Assembly (NCBI GenBank): GCA_000934665.2 | Contig: JYFJ02001568.1 | Coordinates: 1-64,000, forward strand | Reading direction: 5' to 3' | DNA length: 64,000 bases | Origin: Catajapyx aquilonaris | Lineage: Eukaryota | Shown here: positions 12,001-24,500 of the stretch, in pieces | How positions within the stretch are numbered: the stretch's first letter is position 1 | Layout: the number at the start of each line of letters is the position of its first letter | Notes under the pieces: generated by a model | Database searches by the model: none | The model's input: the letters and a program-made list of their open reading frames with translations, nothing else | What the model was told of the DNA's origin: nothing | Position numbers and translations under genes: made by a program

Positions 12001-15000
12001 TTCATATATGCACTCGAAAAATTGAACATACGACCAGCAATGTTTATGACTGCAACTTCTCACAAAAAATTTCAACTCTTGCAAGATATGGCGCATATGT
12101 GCAAACACAGTTTCTCCTTATTTTCCTAAAGATGGGGCACCCCCCCAAATATACACGCGCATAAAGGTAGCTCTCGAGAAGAGCTCTCGAGAGGTGGGAG
12201 GGTTTGTAACCAAGCAACCTAGAGGTTGCCACATGAGCGATAAAAGCGCATGCCTGCTTCCAATGGATTGCCTCAAGCCTGCGCCAGGAATTTTTGGTGG
12301 AGGAAAAAAGGTTCCGGGCAGCACAGAGAGGAGCCAGAAGTGGTCGTGTCAAGTTGGGTCCTGAGTGGTCAGCTGCTACATCGATCTGACCTGGGGTAAA
12401 ACAAGGACAGCTGATCAGAGGGGGGGTTGACATTGCCGGATCGATTTGTGGTGTGGCCATGAGAGTGAGTGAAAGGATGTATGTCCGCAACATTTCTGGT
12501 GATGAGCGATGCTGCTGGAACCAATGAACTCGGGGATGGCCAGAACAGGCCTGCGCAAGAACGAACCGCGGATACGACGCAGTCGCAGTCCATCACTTCG
12601 GAACTCATGTTCGGACGGAAGCGAAGAAGATTTGACCAGTTCGGCATCAGAAATTTCTACCAGATCGGTAAGAAAAAAATTGGTTCAATTCCATCCATTT
12701 TTAAGAGAAAATATTAATGGTGTCATACTGGTGGCGCCACATCCGGCATTACAGTTGACCCGAAAGAAAAGACTTGACCGGCGGCACCTATATTTGCTTC
12801 GCTCCAAATAGGTGTACAGCACACACTCTCTGACGCACGTGGCACTAGGTGATTACCGACGCCAAAAGAGAGAAAGAAATTGATGACGCCATACCGTCTC
12901 CGTTGTCCAAATAACGGGTGCAAACATCTGTCGAGTTTGTCGTTGGTCATTATAGTCCCCAAGTCTGAGGGTCTATAAAAGGGTATATCTTGGACGAAAC
13001 TGCCGGCTTCTAGTTAATCATCTTGGGAACATTTAAATGTGGCACACACGCTTTAATGATGCCTTTGGGCAGATTAAGAAATCAATATCTGGCCTATAGG
13101 ATTTTTTTAAAAAGAGGGTTTCAAATATCGGTATCAGCAATTTTATGGTGCTGAGCAGCGACAAAAGAGCTTGGTCCGTAATAGAGAAAACGTTTTGGCA
13201 AAAGCCTATTGCCTTTTTACCCGACCTATTGCATTACCCGGGGCGGGAGATCCTGACTGGAATATTTTACGCCTGCTGAGTTGGAAAAGCGCTATATAGA
13301 CATTCTGAGAAACGAGGATTTATTTCTGAGGTTCAAGTCAACGCTCGCACTTTAGTCGAGTTATGGTCTTGGTTTTTTTAAAACCTGTTATAAATTCAGA
13401 GAATAATGCAGATTCTGTATTTATGCTGCTGATAAAACCATCATCTTCATTAACTCAAAGTTGAGTCCTAAATAAGTCCATTTCTATCGCGTCTTTCATA
13501 CTGAAATCTTGTAAAAATATTTCTTACATACAATGGATATCACCTTCACTTACAATTAAGCCCATTTTCTTTGTTAGAAAAGTAAGTTCTTGATTGAACC
13601 ATGCGTTGAAAGTATGGGCGCTCCACAGTTTTGAGTGAATGGCAACGCTGTTGGGCACACTCCCCAAACCAGCCAATCCCGTCGCTTGCCATCACGTGAC
13701 AGAGGGCTCTCAGATAGGCCTGTTCGAATAACAGGCCCAACAGCGCTGCCACGTCGCTGATTACTCCACTCTATATATAGCAGCATGAGAGCATAAATTC
13801 GCAATACAGGCCCCCGATTGGTCTCAATTCCTTGGTAATCAGCATCCGGGCAATTTCCAGGAACTACTCGAACCGCAGAACAGGTCCGCTCGGAAATTGT
13901 CCCGCTACTCCCAGTCTAATAAATAGGTTTGAAACTTCAATTCCCCCATCGCCTCGCCTAACAAAACGAAGCTAAGTGTGCAACTTGTGAATGGCGCACC
14001 AAGTTTTCCCTCCCCTCTGCTAAAAAAGCAGAGCTTGCAATTAGAAGTGGATTGTCCGGGTGCAAACTAAAGGGGAGGAGGGGAAAGGAGGGGGGGGGGG
14101 CGACTACAGAAATAGAACCTAGTGTGAATGGAGGATAGCTAGTCTAGCTGGCACGTGGGGTAATCTAAAGGGTGCCTTCCGCCCTGGTCATCAATCCAAG
14201 CCTTGGCAAACTGTGGTCTGTTGGCAACCCTCTCATGTGGCTGACCAGACAATGGGCGTAACTCAAATGAATGGTCCAGTAGAACAATAGTATGTAATGA
14301 CTATATGGAGTTGCGACTAGCCATATTAAATATAATTTTTTTAAACAATAACTAGAAACACTCTAGCTTCGCTCACTGGGTGCGGGAATGCGGAGGGATA
14401 TATGTATACCCTCCGGCCGACAGGGAACGAATGGATGGTTCCTCCTCCCACCCACCAGAGGCTCTGCCTCCACTCTCATTGCGCCTGCGCAGAACGGGGG
14501 CTAATCGGGTCGCGGTAACACTATGCGACGCACCAACCATACAACATGAATAGGATTTTAATATTATAGATATCAAATGAAATAAAATATACGAAAACTT
14601 AATATAGCCTGCATAACTAATATTTTGTCGCTCAGATGTTCTTAAAGATTTCCTAACTATTGCACTTGCGACCCTTGTTGTTCCATTGGTCCATGTGGTC
14701 TTATTGTTTGTTATAGGATACGAGGACACATGTGGTGGGCGAGTTGTACGACACGGAGCGATCCTATGTGGAATCTCTGAGAGTTCTAGTCACGGTAAGC
14801 TGCAGGGGGTGTCCTCCTCATATCGATCCGACCTGTGCTTATACTGTGGGTGTGCGGGGGTTGACTCTGCTTTCTATACTTTTTTCCCCCCTTTCCCTAG
14901 AAATACTTGCAGCCACTGAAAAGTCCGGAAAACTGTGGGTTGATAGATGCGGGGCTGGTGGACGAGATTTTCTATCAGGTGAGTTTGTTTTCTAATATAC

Positions 15001-18000
15001 TTTGATGCCCAAGCTTTCACTGGAATTGGGAAGGATGGATAGGATTGCATCTCATTTCGGTAGTGCTGTAGTGGACTTTGGACAAAATTGCATGCGCCAC
15101 TGGGCTGTCCCCAAAAAAACTTTGCTGCAGTCCGCAACATGATTGCGACTCAAGTATAGGCTACTGATGAAGGTAGTAATCACATTTAAAGAAAAACAGG
15201 CGCAAATTATATTCAATGTATAAAATTTTGCCATTATTTAAAATACCTGTCATATAGTGAACGGCATACGTAATGGCGTCGTGATCAATTAATTATTTAC
15301 GTACACTGAAGCGTATACTGTACCCCGCATGTGTACAGTGCCTTTTCCTAGGTCACGCATTGCAATAATTGCATCTGGCAATGTGTTGGACACCCGCTGT
15401 TTAACCTTGCAAGGTCGCCACAGCATTGCATCGTGCAGACAGTAACCATGCCAAACGCAATGTTCTCTAATAGGTTCCAGCAATCCTAGCTCATCACGAG
15501 GAGTTCCTAGAAGAGCTGCAAAAAAGACTAGAAAGCTGGAATACCAAGCAAAAAGTCGGCGACGTGTTTCTGGAAGCAGTAAGTATTTTTGTGTTATTTT
15601 TATTAATTTTTAACGAAATAAATGGTCGCATTTCAGTTCACGAAACAGCCGGTCATTGATACTTACACGGCCTTCGTCAACAACTGGAAGAACGCCAAAG
15701 AAGCGATCAAGGTGGCCTGCCAGGCAAAGCCCGCCTTCGCCCGCTTTCTGGAGGTAAGCTTTCTGAGGCTGGGATTCCTTCCAGAGAGTGGACAAATAAA
15801 TATCTCGCAAAACCTCCCAAGGAAAAAGGTTTACGCCGACACATGGCAGCGAGTAGAAAGACATTTCCTTTTTGCTCAAAAAAAAGGGCGGCTTCTATAG
15901 GAATTTCAAGTGCCCAGGTTCCAAATTTAGTAATTACTCTAGGAGTCTATAGGGTCATGAAAAACCAGTGAAGGATGACCTAAGCGAGGAAGAACTTGGC
16001 AGTTTTTTGATGGTAAAAAAAAACGAGAGCAGATCCTTTGTGCCATTAACCCATATTTTAGCTGACTCCGTTTCGATCCAAGCCAAATGTTTCCATCGCC
16101 TCAGAATAGCATAGCGCCTCCAGAAATGAAAACAGACTATCTCTGGCTTCTCAGACGAAGCTTGCTGATGTGATGATGCTTTCAAAGTATAAACGTTGGG
16201 TCTCACGATGTCAACATTTTTCCAGGCTAAATCAAGAGAACATACTGGAAAACTTGCCCTGGATTCGCTACTGATCATGCCTGTGCAGAGGATACCGCGG
16301 TATGAGCTTCTGATCAAGGTGAGTTGGTACACCCTGTAGTTGAGAAACATCCTGTATGGGTTCTGACCTTGCAAAATTTGGAATCGGTGAGTTTAAACCA
16401 CACAGGAGCCACTTGATGCAGTGAGTGGTAAACATGTTGTGATTATCTGAAACGAGTTTCCAGTGGCTTTTCGGCCGGTTCCAAAAATAAGGGGGGGTTA
16501 AAACAGATAATTGCGAGTTAGAAAATTTTCGGTTGGCAAAACAGGATAAGGGAAATCCGGTGTTCCATTGGGACTGAATGCGAGGTTGTTGAATCCTTTC
16601 CGTTCAACAAAAGCAAGGTCAGACACGTGGCCACCACCAGTACGTCTCATTTCATTCGGAAGCTGTGGGGATGCTGCAGTTAGTTTAGAAAATGAGTTCA
16701 TTATCTACAGACACTCACGCTATTACAACTTCTTTCCTGGCCGGCTGTGCACAGCTGGATTGGCTGCAGCCACGAATCGCCTGCTGCGATTGGCTGCAGG
16801 GCAAAGCTATACGAGACAATGCGGCTTATCCCCCTCCAAATATCGGACAGATTTGTAACTACTACAGTCTCTTTCTATCGATTTCAGGAGCTGTTGAAGC
16901 ACACGGAAAAGGAGCTTCCAGACCACGCATTGCTCCTGCAGGCTCAGAAACAGGTCCATGACCTGGCAGTCAAGATCAATTGCGTTGAGAGAGAAACCTT
17001 AGAGTCTGAGCAACAGCTTCAGGTATGGCACTCTCAAGGCTTTTCTAATAAAGTCGAGAAATTAATTGAATTATTAATTATGACAATATGAACACAGGTG
17101 CTGAAGGAGCTGGAGTCTTTAGTGGAAGGATTGGTGAACGTGGTGTCACCTGAGAGATCATTCCTTCGACATGACCTAGTGACAATGGCAGCAGGTCAGG
17201 GCACCAGGAAGGAACGCTGCCTTTTTCTATTCTCCGATCTCCTGGTCATTACCAGCATCAAAAGAAAGAGCGCCACAATCCGGAAGCCCTCTGCGTGAGT
17301 CAAAAGTTTCGGACATACATGTTTGTCTGAACCTTTTTTTTGTCATACTCTGTGTGTAGTACGTACGTAACCAAGTGCAGGAGGATTACCCATGCAAATT
17401 CCATCTCTATCCCCGCGCGGTGGGATCAAATTTGCAATGCAACTATGCTTCTTGGTAACCGGATTTAATCCATGAAAGGTACAAGCCCCCGGGTCATTAA
17501 ATCCTCATTTGAAATGCGGTGGGACGTAAATTTACTAGCAAACACGCTTGGTTGCAACATGTAGTTTTTTGGATGTCAGCACTTTATATGTGGTTAGCAT
17601 CAAGAGAGGGGACACTAATCAGCAAAGGTGAGGGTGACATGTTTGTCTTTTTACTTTGGGGGGAGTACAGGAGCTGTCAGGGAAGTTTGGCGAGTAGCCT
17701 GGAGGCCAACAAGTATAAACTGCTGATGAAGATTCCGCTCGACGACTTGGAAATCGCTAAGAGTGAGTTTGCGCAAAGTTGGGCTTAGGTTTGTATTGGC
17801 ATACTTGGGCTGATTAAAAACTATTAACGGACTGGGAAGTTCAGCGGGTTAAATTAATTACAGGTCTCTAGAGGAGGCTCTTCTAATTGCTTAGAGGAAC
17901 ATTGTTACCGTTTGTTTCGATCGTTTTTGTTACTGTCTCCAAGAATGCTCTAATATGAGAAGGTATGGGCTACAAAATTGAATTGAACTGACCTGATTGC

Positions 18001-19445
18001 CTATTATCCAGGCAAGGATGAGAACCTGAAGAGGCTTCTGAAGGAGGTGGCCCGATTGGAAGAGGACGTGTCAACTCTGACCCAAATCGTTGACCTGACC
18101 TCTGGCCTCCACTGCCCCCATGCCCAACTGGAGGAGGCTGCCAGGGACCTCTTGTCCGTTCTTCATCGCCAGCTGGGAGAGAGGCAGGCAGTTGACTCAC
18201 AACTCACATATCTGGAACTTGCCCTCACAACTCAGTGAGTACACATTTCATAAGTCTATACATGACCAATGTACTACTGTACTGAAAAATTGCATGTTGT
18301 GTCCTAATATAGGGATGGGATAGAAAGCATGTCGATTGTGTTCACATCGCCTGAGAAGAGGGCCAGCTGGGAAGATGCGTTCCATGAAGCCAAGCAGAAA
18401 TTAGGTAAGTCTTCCAATTGAAACAGGTGGACACCAAGCAAATTACCTGTCGTTTGTACAGTGCTTTCAGCCGATCGTCGGCCGCCTCCTGAGTTCCTCC
18501 ACCCTCTTCCAATACGCAAGACCAGGGCTGGCCTCCAGTTCACATGTGCAGCCCCGACCCTTGCCCTGAATGCTCATCAGCTGAGGGACGTCTGGGTTTG
18601 CAACAGCGATGGGTTTGTAGGTCAGGTATGTGTACTGAGCCTACAGCCGGAGCCCACAGTCACGTCCTGCAACGGTGTCTGCAACGCCAGGATTTTGGCC
18701 ATCGCATCCATTCCAGCTCCACCTAACAGGTTCGGTTGTAGCCTAACATAACCGCAGTTGGACATCTAGTTACTTTGTTTTGTTTGCAGCCTGGATATTG
18801 GAACCAATCAGAGACGATCTGCATTTAATGATGGAGGAAAGACGGCGATAAGTATATCAGTTGAAGACATAGATGAAGGTGGAACCAATATACAGCTGGA
18901 CAGGTACAGTGGCAATAATATTAAGAGCTAATTGTCACATTCACGGAAATGAGTAAGCAGCTTAAAGTCAAGTTATTGCTAATTGAAATAGACATAGTTT
19001 TGAACACTCGTAAACTGAACTATTTGCTGACAAAGATCCTGGATTTTACCATATTTATGGTAATGGCTCCATCAGGCCGGTAATTTAAAAGAGAGGGTTT
19101 TTTTTGCAGCTCGTCGAGCGACGAAGAAGATGACACAGGCGACGACGCAGACGACGGGAGCAAACGGGGATTAGAAGCCACAAATCCTAACGACTCCTTA
19201 TCAGAGACTTCCAGTATAGGTGACCTTGAGACTATGGCGACTATGTGGCTGGGAACCGAAGATGGAAACATACACGTCTACAACTGCGGCGACAATATTC
19301 GAATCAAGAAGAATAAGATACGGATGCAACATAACGCGCCAGTGCAGGGTATCATGTGTGTGTCGTTCCATTGTGCCGGAGTCACATGGGCGTCGTTTGT
19401 CTTTGTCGTTGTTTTTATGTGAGAAAAATTATTTCATTGTAATGA

Positions 19446-19517
<72 letters not shown>

Positions 19518-20664
19518 ACATGAATACGAAATATTAGGAATTACACAATGACAAGCATTCTCGTGTGAACCTCTCTATCGGTTTGGACTGAAGTACTGTG
19601 TTTCTCTCCAGATATTTAGACAACAAGGTGTTTGTGTCCCTGGCCAACGGGCAGGTCCTGGTGCATGCACGTGATTCGGGTGAGTGTTTTACCAGCTGAA
19701 GACTTGAGCTTGGCAATAAAGTCATTGTTGTGCAGCTGGCGTTTGGAACACAACCGATCCCCACGTGATTGTCATCAGCTCATCGTCACAGCCCGTGGCA
19801 AGAATGCTGGCTGTTGCTGGGAAGCTGTGGTGCAGCTATCAAAACACGATCAAGATCATCGACACCAATACGCTCGAAATTGAGGTAGAGTATATCCTAT
19901 ATGCCGTTTACACGAGGCCACTGCTAGCAAACCTTTCTTTCCAGCACACATTTTCGGCGCACCCTGACAGCCATAGGGTGGTGACCAGCCTAGTGTCATC
20001 AGGTCTAGGAGTCTGGTTGGCGACCCAAAATTCGGCATCGGTCCGGCTTTTCCACGCCACATCCTATGAGTTCCTAGGGGAGGTCAACGTTGCACCGGCG
20101 GTCACCAAAATGCTGGCTGGTATGTCACGTGACTGACCCTCCACGCAGTCAGATCTGATAGCATCGTGTTACAGGTTGTGACGACATAATCCGTCAGCAC
20201 AAGGCTGCGTGCCTACGAATCACGGCTCTTCTGGCTTGCAAGGACCTTCTTTGGGTGGGTACCAGTGCAGGTGTGGTACTCAATGTACCGGTGCCACACT
20301 TGACCCCAACAACCTCCAAGCTGACCAGCACTCCCAATGTTATGGGTATGTATAGTGAACACAGTATGGGTCACACCTAATGACCAAAATGTTCGTAGGT
20401 ATACCGCACGGTCACACGGGTCACGTCCGGTTCCTGACCTGCGTGGAGATGAGTCCAGCCGAACCCCGCAATGCTCGAACCAAATCGCTGACCCACAGGT
20501 ACTCGCTCAAGAACAAGGATATGTTGACCCACCAGAACGTGGCCTCAGCCAAGCTTATGGTCATCTCAGGAGGGGATGGGTACGAGGACTTCAGGAATTC
20601 GAGCATGTCAGAGGTGGCTGGCAGGGAGGACTCCACCAATCACCTGCTCTTGTGGCAGGTTTAA
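3048..20664 (+). CDS. ARHGEF17: Rho guanine nucleotide exchange factor 17 (TEM4)-like: long disordered N-terminus, DH domain, split PH-like domain, C-terminal beta-propeller
   Basis: Exons: 3048-6404, 6540-6845, 14717-14794, 14901-14978, 15474-15578, 15637-15753, 16226-16318, 16888-17022, 17098-17294, 17671-17762, 18012-18234, 18313-18404, 18462-18729, 18790-18903, 19110-19355, 19612-19679, 19736-19884, 19945-20119, 20175-20345, 20399-20664. All are GT-AG with consistent phase. DH motifs RTHVVGELYDTERSYVESL and LDSLLIMPVQRIPRYELLIKELLKHT are present, as are the ARHGEF17-type motifs PIRKTRAGLQFTCAA, DVWVCNSDGFVGQVC, MWLGTEDG, CDDIIRQHKAACLRITALLACKDLLWVGTSAGV and GREDSTNHLLLWQV*. Confidence 0.93.
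6950..7470 (-). pseudogene. Possible decayed ORF of viral/Polinton-like origin (DEDD-exonuclease-like), in ARHGEF17 intron 2
   Basis: The minus frame reads ...DSRIHST*EIGHFNGTRYTESKKHIIKEMIVLDIFSPRIELYPIFAMGVKPSPYIETAMRLTCRHHFNWLHISNY... It is intronless, has an in-frame stop, and appears to shift frame downstream. Resemblance to the F-I-V-K-E-L-A-V ... W-L-T-x-x-H-H-G-L-x-W pattern is from memory only. Confidence 0.3.
12509..12667 (+). CDS. ARHGEF17: Probable alternative first coding exon of ARHGEF17 (short isoform)
   Basis: An ATG-initiated 53-codon frame (MLLEPMNSGMARTGLRKNEPRIRRSRSPSLRNSCSDGSEEDLTSSASEISTRS) ends at a strong phase-0 donor, TCG|GTAAGA. This is compatible with the phase-0 acceptor at 14717 that opens the DH domain. 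Confidence 0.6.
19446..19515. repeat. (ATT)n microsatellite in an ARHGEF17 intron
   Basis: Perfect ATT trinucleotide run of about 70 nt, directly visible. Confidence 0.97.
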
Positions 20665-21464
20665 TCATGATGATCCTAAGTGATCCTATAGTGCGCCAAA
20701 TCAGAGAGAAGGAAACGTGTGATGCGCAGCGGTTGTGAATACTAGTTATTTCTTTATATTATTGAAACGATGAGTGAGTATATGAGTATGTATGTAACAA
20801 AAGTACCTTAATGAGTGCTGTGAATATACATTCAGTGTCTCTGTGATGTCAGTGAATTTTTAGTCATGCCAAAGATGAGGATTCGCACGGTTATTATTTC
20901 TGAAAGTGGTATGTGGGAGAAAATATGTATCAGAGCTGCTGTCTACTTATTGGGAGAGAAGAAAAAAAAATGCTTTACATCTCCGAGTAAACTAATCAAT
21001 GCAAATGAATTTTAATGGAGATACAAGACCAAACTTGTTTTAACAGTATTACTTATGAAAGTTGCATTGTGGCATTTGTTTCAATGAATAGGTTTTTTTT
21101 TTCAATGTCTCGACGAAGACAATAGCCACCCTTTCATTTTGTACATAGCTTCATGGTGTCAAAGTAACATTGTACATAAGGTGCACTATATAGCGAGACT
21201 TTTTTTAAGTGATTTTTTTTGGCGGAGATGTAGGGATATGTAGGAAATCCTGGGCGCATTACATGGACATGTGCTATGTGTCACATAGTCTATATGAGCA
21301 TTGTCATTTGTCAGGTTGCTAGGCAAGCGACCTGCACCTTCATGAAAAAAAGTGTATGTTAGGAATTATACTTTCTTGCATGCCTTTCTGCATGCAAATC
21401 ATCTATAGCTATTAAGTTAAATAGGAATAATATATTAAAAGTTGTTTCATGTGTAAGTTATTGG

Positions 21465-21470
21465 AATAAA
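21465..21470 (+). promoter_or_regulatory. Candidate polyadenylation signal of ARHGEF17
   Basis: AATAAA lies about 800 nt after the stop codon, following an AU/GU-rich 3' UTR-like stretch. Confidence 0.5.
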
Positions 21471-21566
21471 GTAAAGCGATTTTCTTAAAAAAAAACGTGT
21501 TTGTACCCTTTCAATCGTAACTATAGAAACGGACTTTCGGAGCGTTCATTATGCAAAACTTTGAAC

Positions 21567-24500
21567 ATGGATGACACTGACCTAAAACAACTCGTGGTCA
21601 AACCTGGAAAACTAGAGCCAAAATTTAAGTCAAATCAGTTGCAATACACTCTGATATTAGGAAGCGATGACAAGAGCTGCACTTTTACCTGCGACACCAG
21701 CAACCCATCGGCCAGCTATGATGTCAAAGTAAGTTTAGTACTTGAGCAATTTGGCTGTTTTGTCGGCATTGTCCCCTGCACCATTAGGCATCTGATGGTC
21801 AGCGCGGAAAAGTCATCAAAGTGGAAGAAGGGAAAAGCCTGGACATCAAAGTCTTGGTGATAGCCGAGGATGGTGACAGCACAAAGACTTACATAGTGAC
21901 AGCCAAACGCCAGTCAGCGTCTGATGCACGTCTCTTATCGCTCAAATTAAGCTTCGGAACTCTTCGCCCTGAGTTCAACCCAGAAGAGTTCGTCTACCAC
22001 GGTATATTGGGGGTTTTTCTGGGTCGTACACGGGTAACAGTACTTATACTAAGACAATGTGAGGGCTTTGTCACGTACAGCGGAGGTGCCTTGTAGCTCA
22101 GTGTTTATCGGAGTGAAATACCAAGGAGCAGACGATCGAAGCAAAATCATCCTGAAGGACGGCAGCAATCCTAATGAGATCCTGCTCAACCTAGGTCAAA
22201 CTCGCATTCAGGTTCAAGTGGCATCCCCTAATGAATCCACAACTCAGGTGGGTCACCGCACACATATGTAGCACCTTAGTACCAAAAGTGACCAATTTTT
22301 CCCATGCACCAGATTTACACGGTGTTCGTCACAAAGCGACAGATCCCATTCGCGCTACAGGCTTGCGAGCCGATCCAGTTCCAGCTGCTGGATCCGCTCA
22401 GCGGATGCTTTCTGCACAGGCCGGTCAAATTCCGCTTCCACAACAGGGCCCGGTACTTCTCCTTGGACCTGTACCGGCACCTGACATACAGCTCCGGATG
22501 CGACCCGCTGACTGGGGCCGAGCTGCCCAAAGGATGGGCTTTCGTAGACCAGAACACAGAGGCTGAGGTCTCAAACACTCTCGGGGTTTGCCCTTTCAGC
22601 TCATACGGTGAGACATCGTGTGACAAAGATATAGCATGACGCATATCTCAATAATTGCCAATTGAAACAGGTTGTTCGTACGTGGGTCCTTTAAGGGCAG
22701 TTGCGTCACACTTGAAGTCCTGCGAGAATATGCCAATGCCTGAGTACCAAGGTGCAAGTGAAGCCTGCTCGTCCTGCAAGAAGTTGGTGCCCAAATGCGA
22801 CGGGAATTTTCACAAGGTATATAACACCTCGTTCTTTCTGAATTCCTGAAGAATCACGGTTTTGTCTTTCAGAGTCTGTGTTTGTCGTCGAAAACTTTTC
22901 AACACGCCATCGAGAAGGACAGGCCGTGGGAAAAGAGGCTTCATCAGGTGGTTGCGGAAAAGAGCGTGGCAGCCAACCTTAAGAATGGCAACGACCGAAT
23001 AGCCAACTACTTGTCGGAACGATGCAAAGAGGGTACGACAAACTGCTGTAATCATGATTCCAATTATTTAATGTGAAAATTTCAGGCTTGAAGTCGTATC
23101 ACCCGACATTGCTGAGAGAAACTGCAGAGTTCGTGGCAGCAGCCTGTCGTGATGACCCCAAGACCTTCTCGAACCACAGGCTTTTGGGCACCGTACTGGA
23201 GGAGCTGGCCCGACTCAGCTATTACTACGGCATCCTTGACGACAAGATGAAGAAGGAAGGAAGGGACGAGAACGTGGAGGCGGAGGAGTCGTCCAAGGAG
23301 GACGAATCCATGGCCATCGCGGTGCTGCACGGATTCCCGAAGCACTGCACCCAGGAGACCGTGCTCAAGGCCCTGGAGAAGGAGTACCACCAGCTCATAG
23401 ACTCGGGACAAGGAGCCAAAGCCGAGCATGTCCAGGCCCTGCATGCCTGGAAGTCCAAGAAAGTCATGCTGGTCAGGGTCTTTTACATTCATGCTGAGTG
23501 TTGAATCGCCTCCAGAAAAATTCCGGCTGGAAAAGAGCTTGGCAACTTTTCCAGCTGGAAAGTGTTTCCTGGAGGCGGTGCAGGTACACCGAACTGACCA
23601 ATGCGATTTGAAACAGGAAGGTCACGGTGCTGTGGGCCACGTGCAGGACGACCTGGTGATGCAGAGTGTGACCAAGCTGAAGGATGCCCTCAGCCTGAAA
23701 ACGGATGACCTCGACCTGAACATGCAGACAGGCAGAATGATGATGATGGCCGGACAGTACTCTCAAGCACTAGAAAGGTCGTTTGATGCCCCCATATTGC
23801 TCCTAAAAAATCTAGTCTAATGTCGCGAAATGATTCAGATTCGCCCATGTGCTGAGCCTGAAGCCAACGTGTCCTGAAGCCCGATTGTACTACTCGGCCA
23901 GCCTGGCGCACTACGACCCGAAGAAGAACGTCGAGGCGTCCCACTACCTGAAGACCAGCCTTCCGTACCTCTTCCTAGAGCTCTTCAAGGAAGTGGAAGG
24001 CAACAAGGACACTCCACCTGCATCTGTACTCGGTGGTGTAATGTACGACTGCACCAACGTCCCGGTAAGTACAAGGTACATATTATACTCAGCCTGAATT
24101 TTATTGTCTGTTGTTTTGTGAAGTTGTTGACGGCGATGCTGCAGTTGGCACAAGACATGCCGCCCAAGTATGACCAAAGGGTGCCGGAGAAGTGGACGGC
24201 CCTTCGAGAAGTGACTTCTCTTTGCACCAATGCGATCGTTCGAGTCAGGTATGTTGGATAATGACATGATGCCCATGAGTTGTTATCATGAATGTCCTGA
24301 TGTTAGACCCAGGACAACAGGGTTCACCGAGCTGTACCAGTTGCTGCTGCGTATTCGATGGAACACTATGAGGTTTTATGCGGAAGGTAACAGGGTGGGA
24401 CACCTAGTCGTGTGCAGCACAGGGCATATACTGATGAATGTTATGAAGAACCACGACATTGGAGTGGTACCCGCGGTCCTCAACGCTCAAGTTGACGTAA

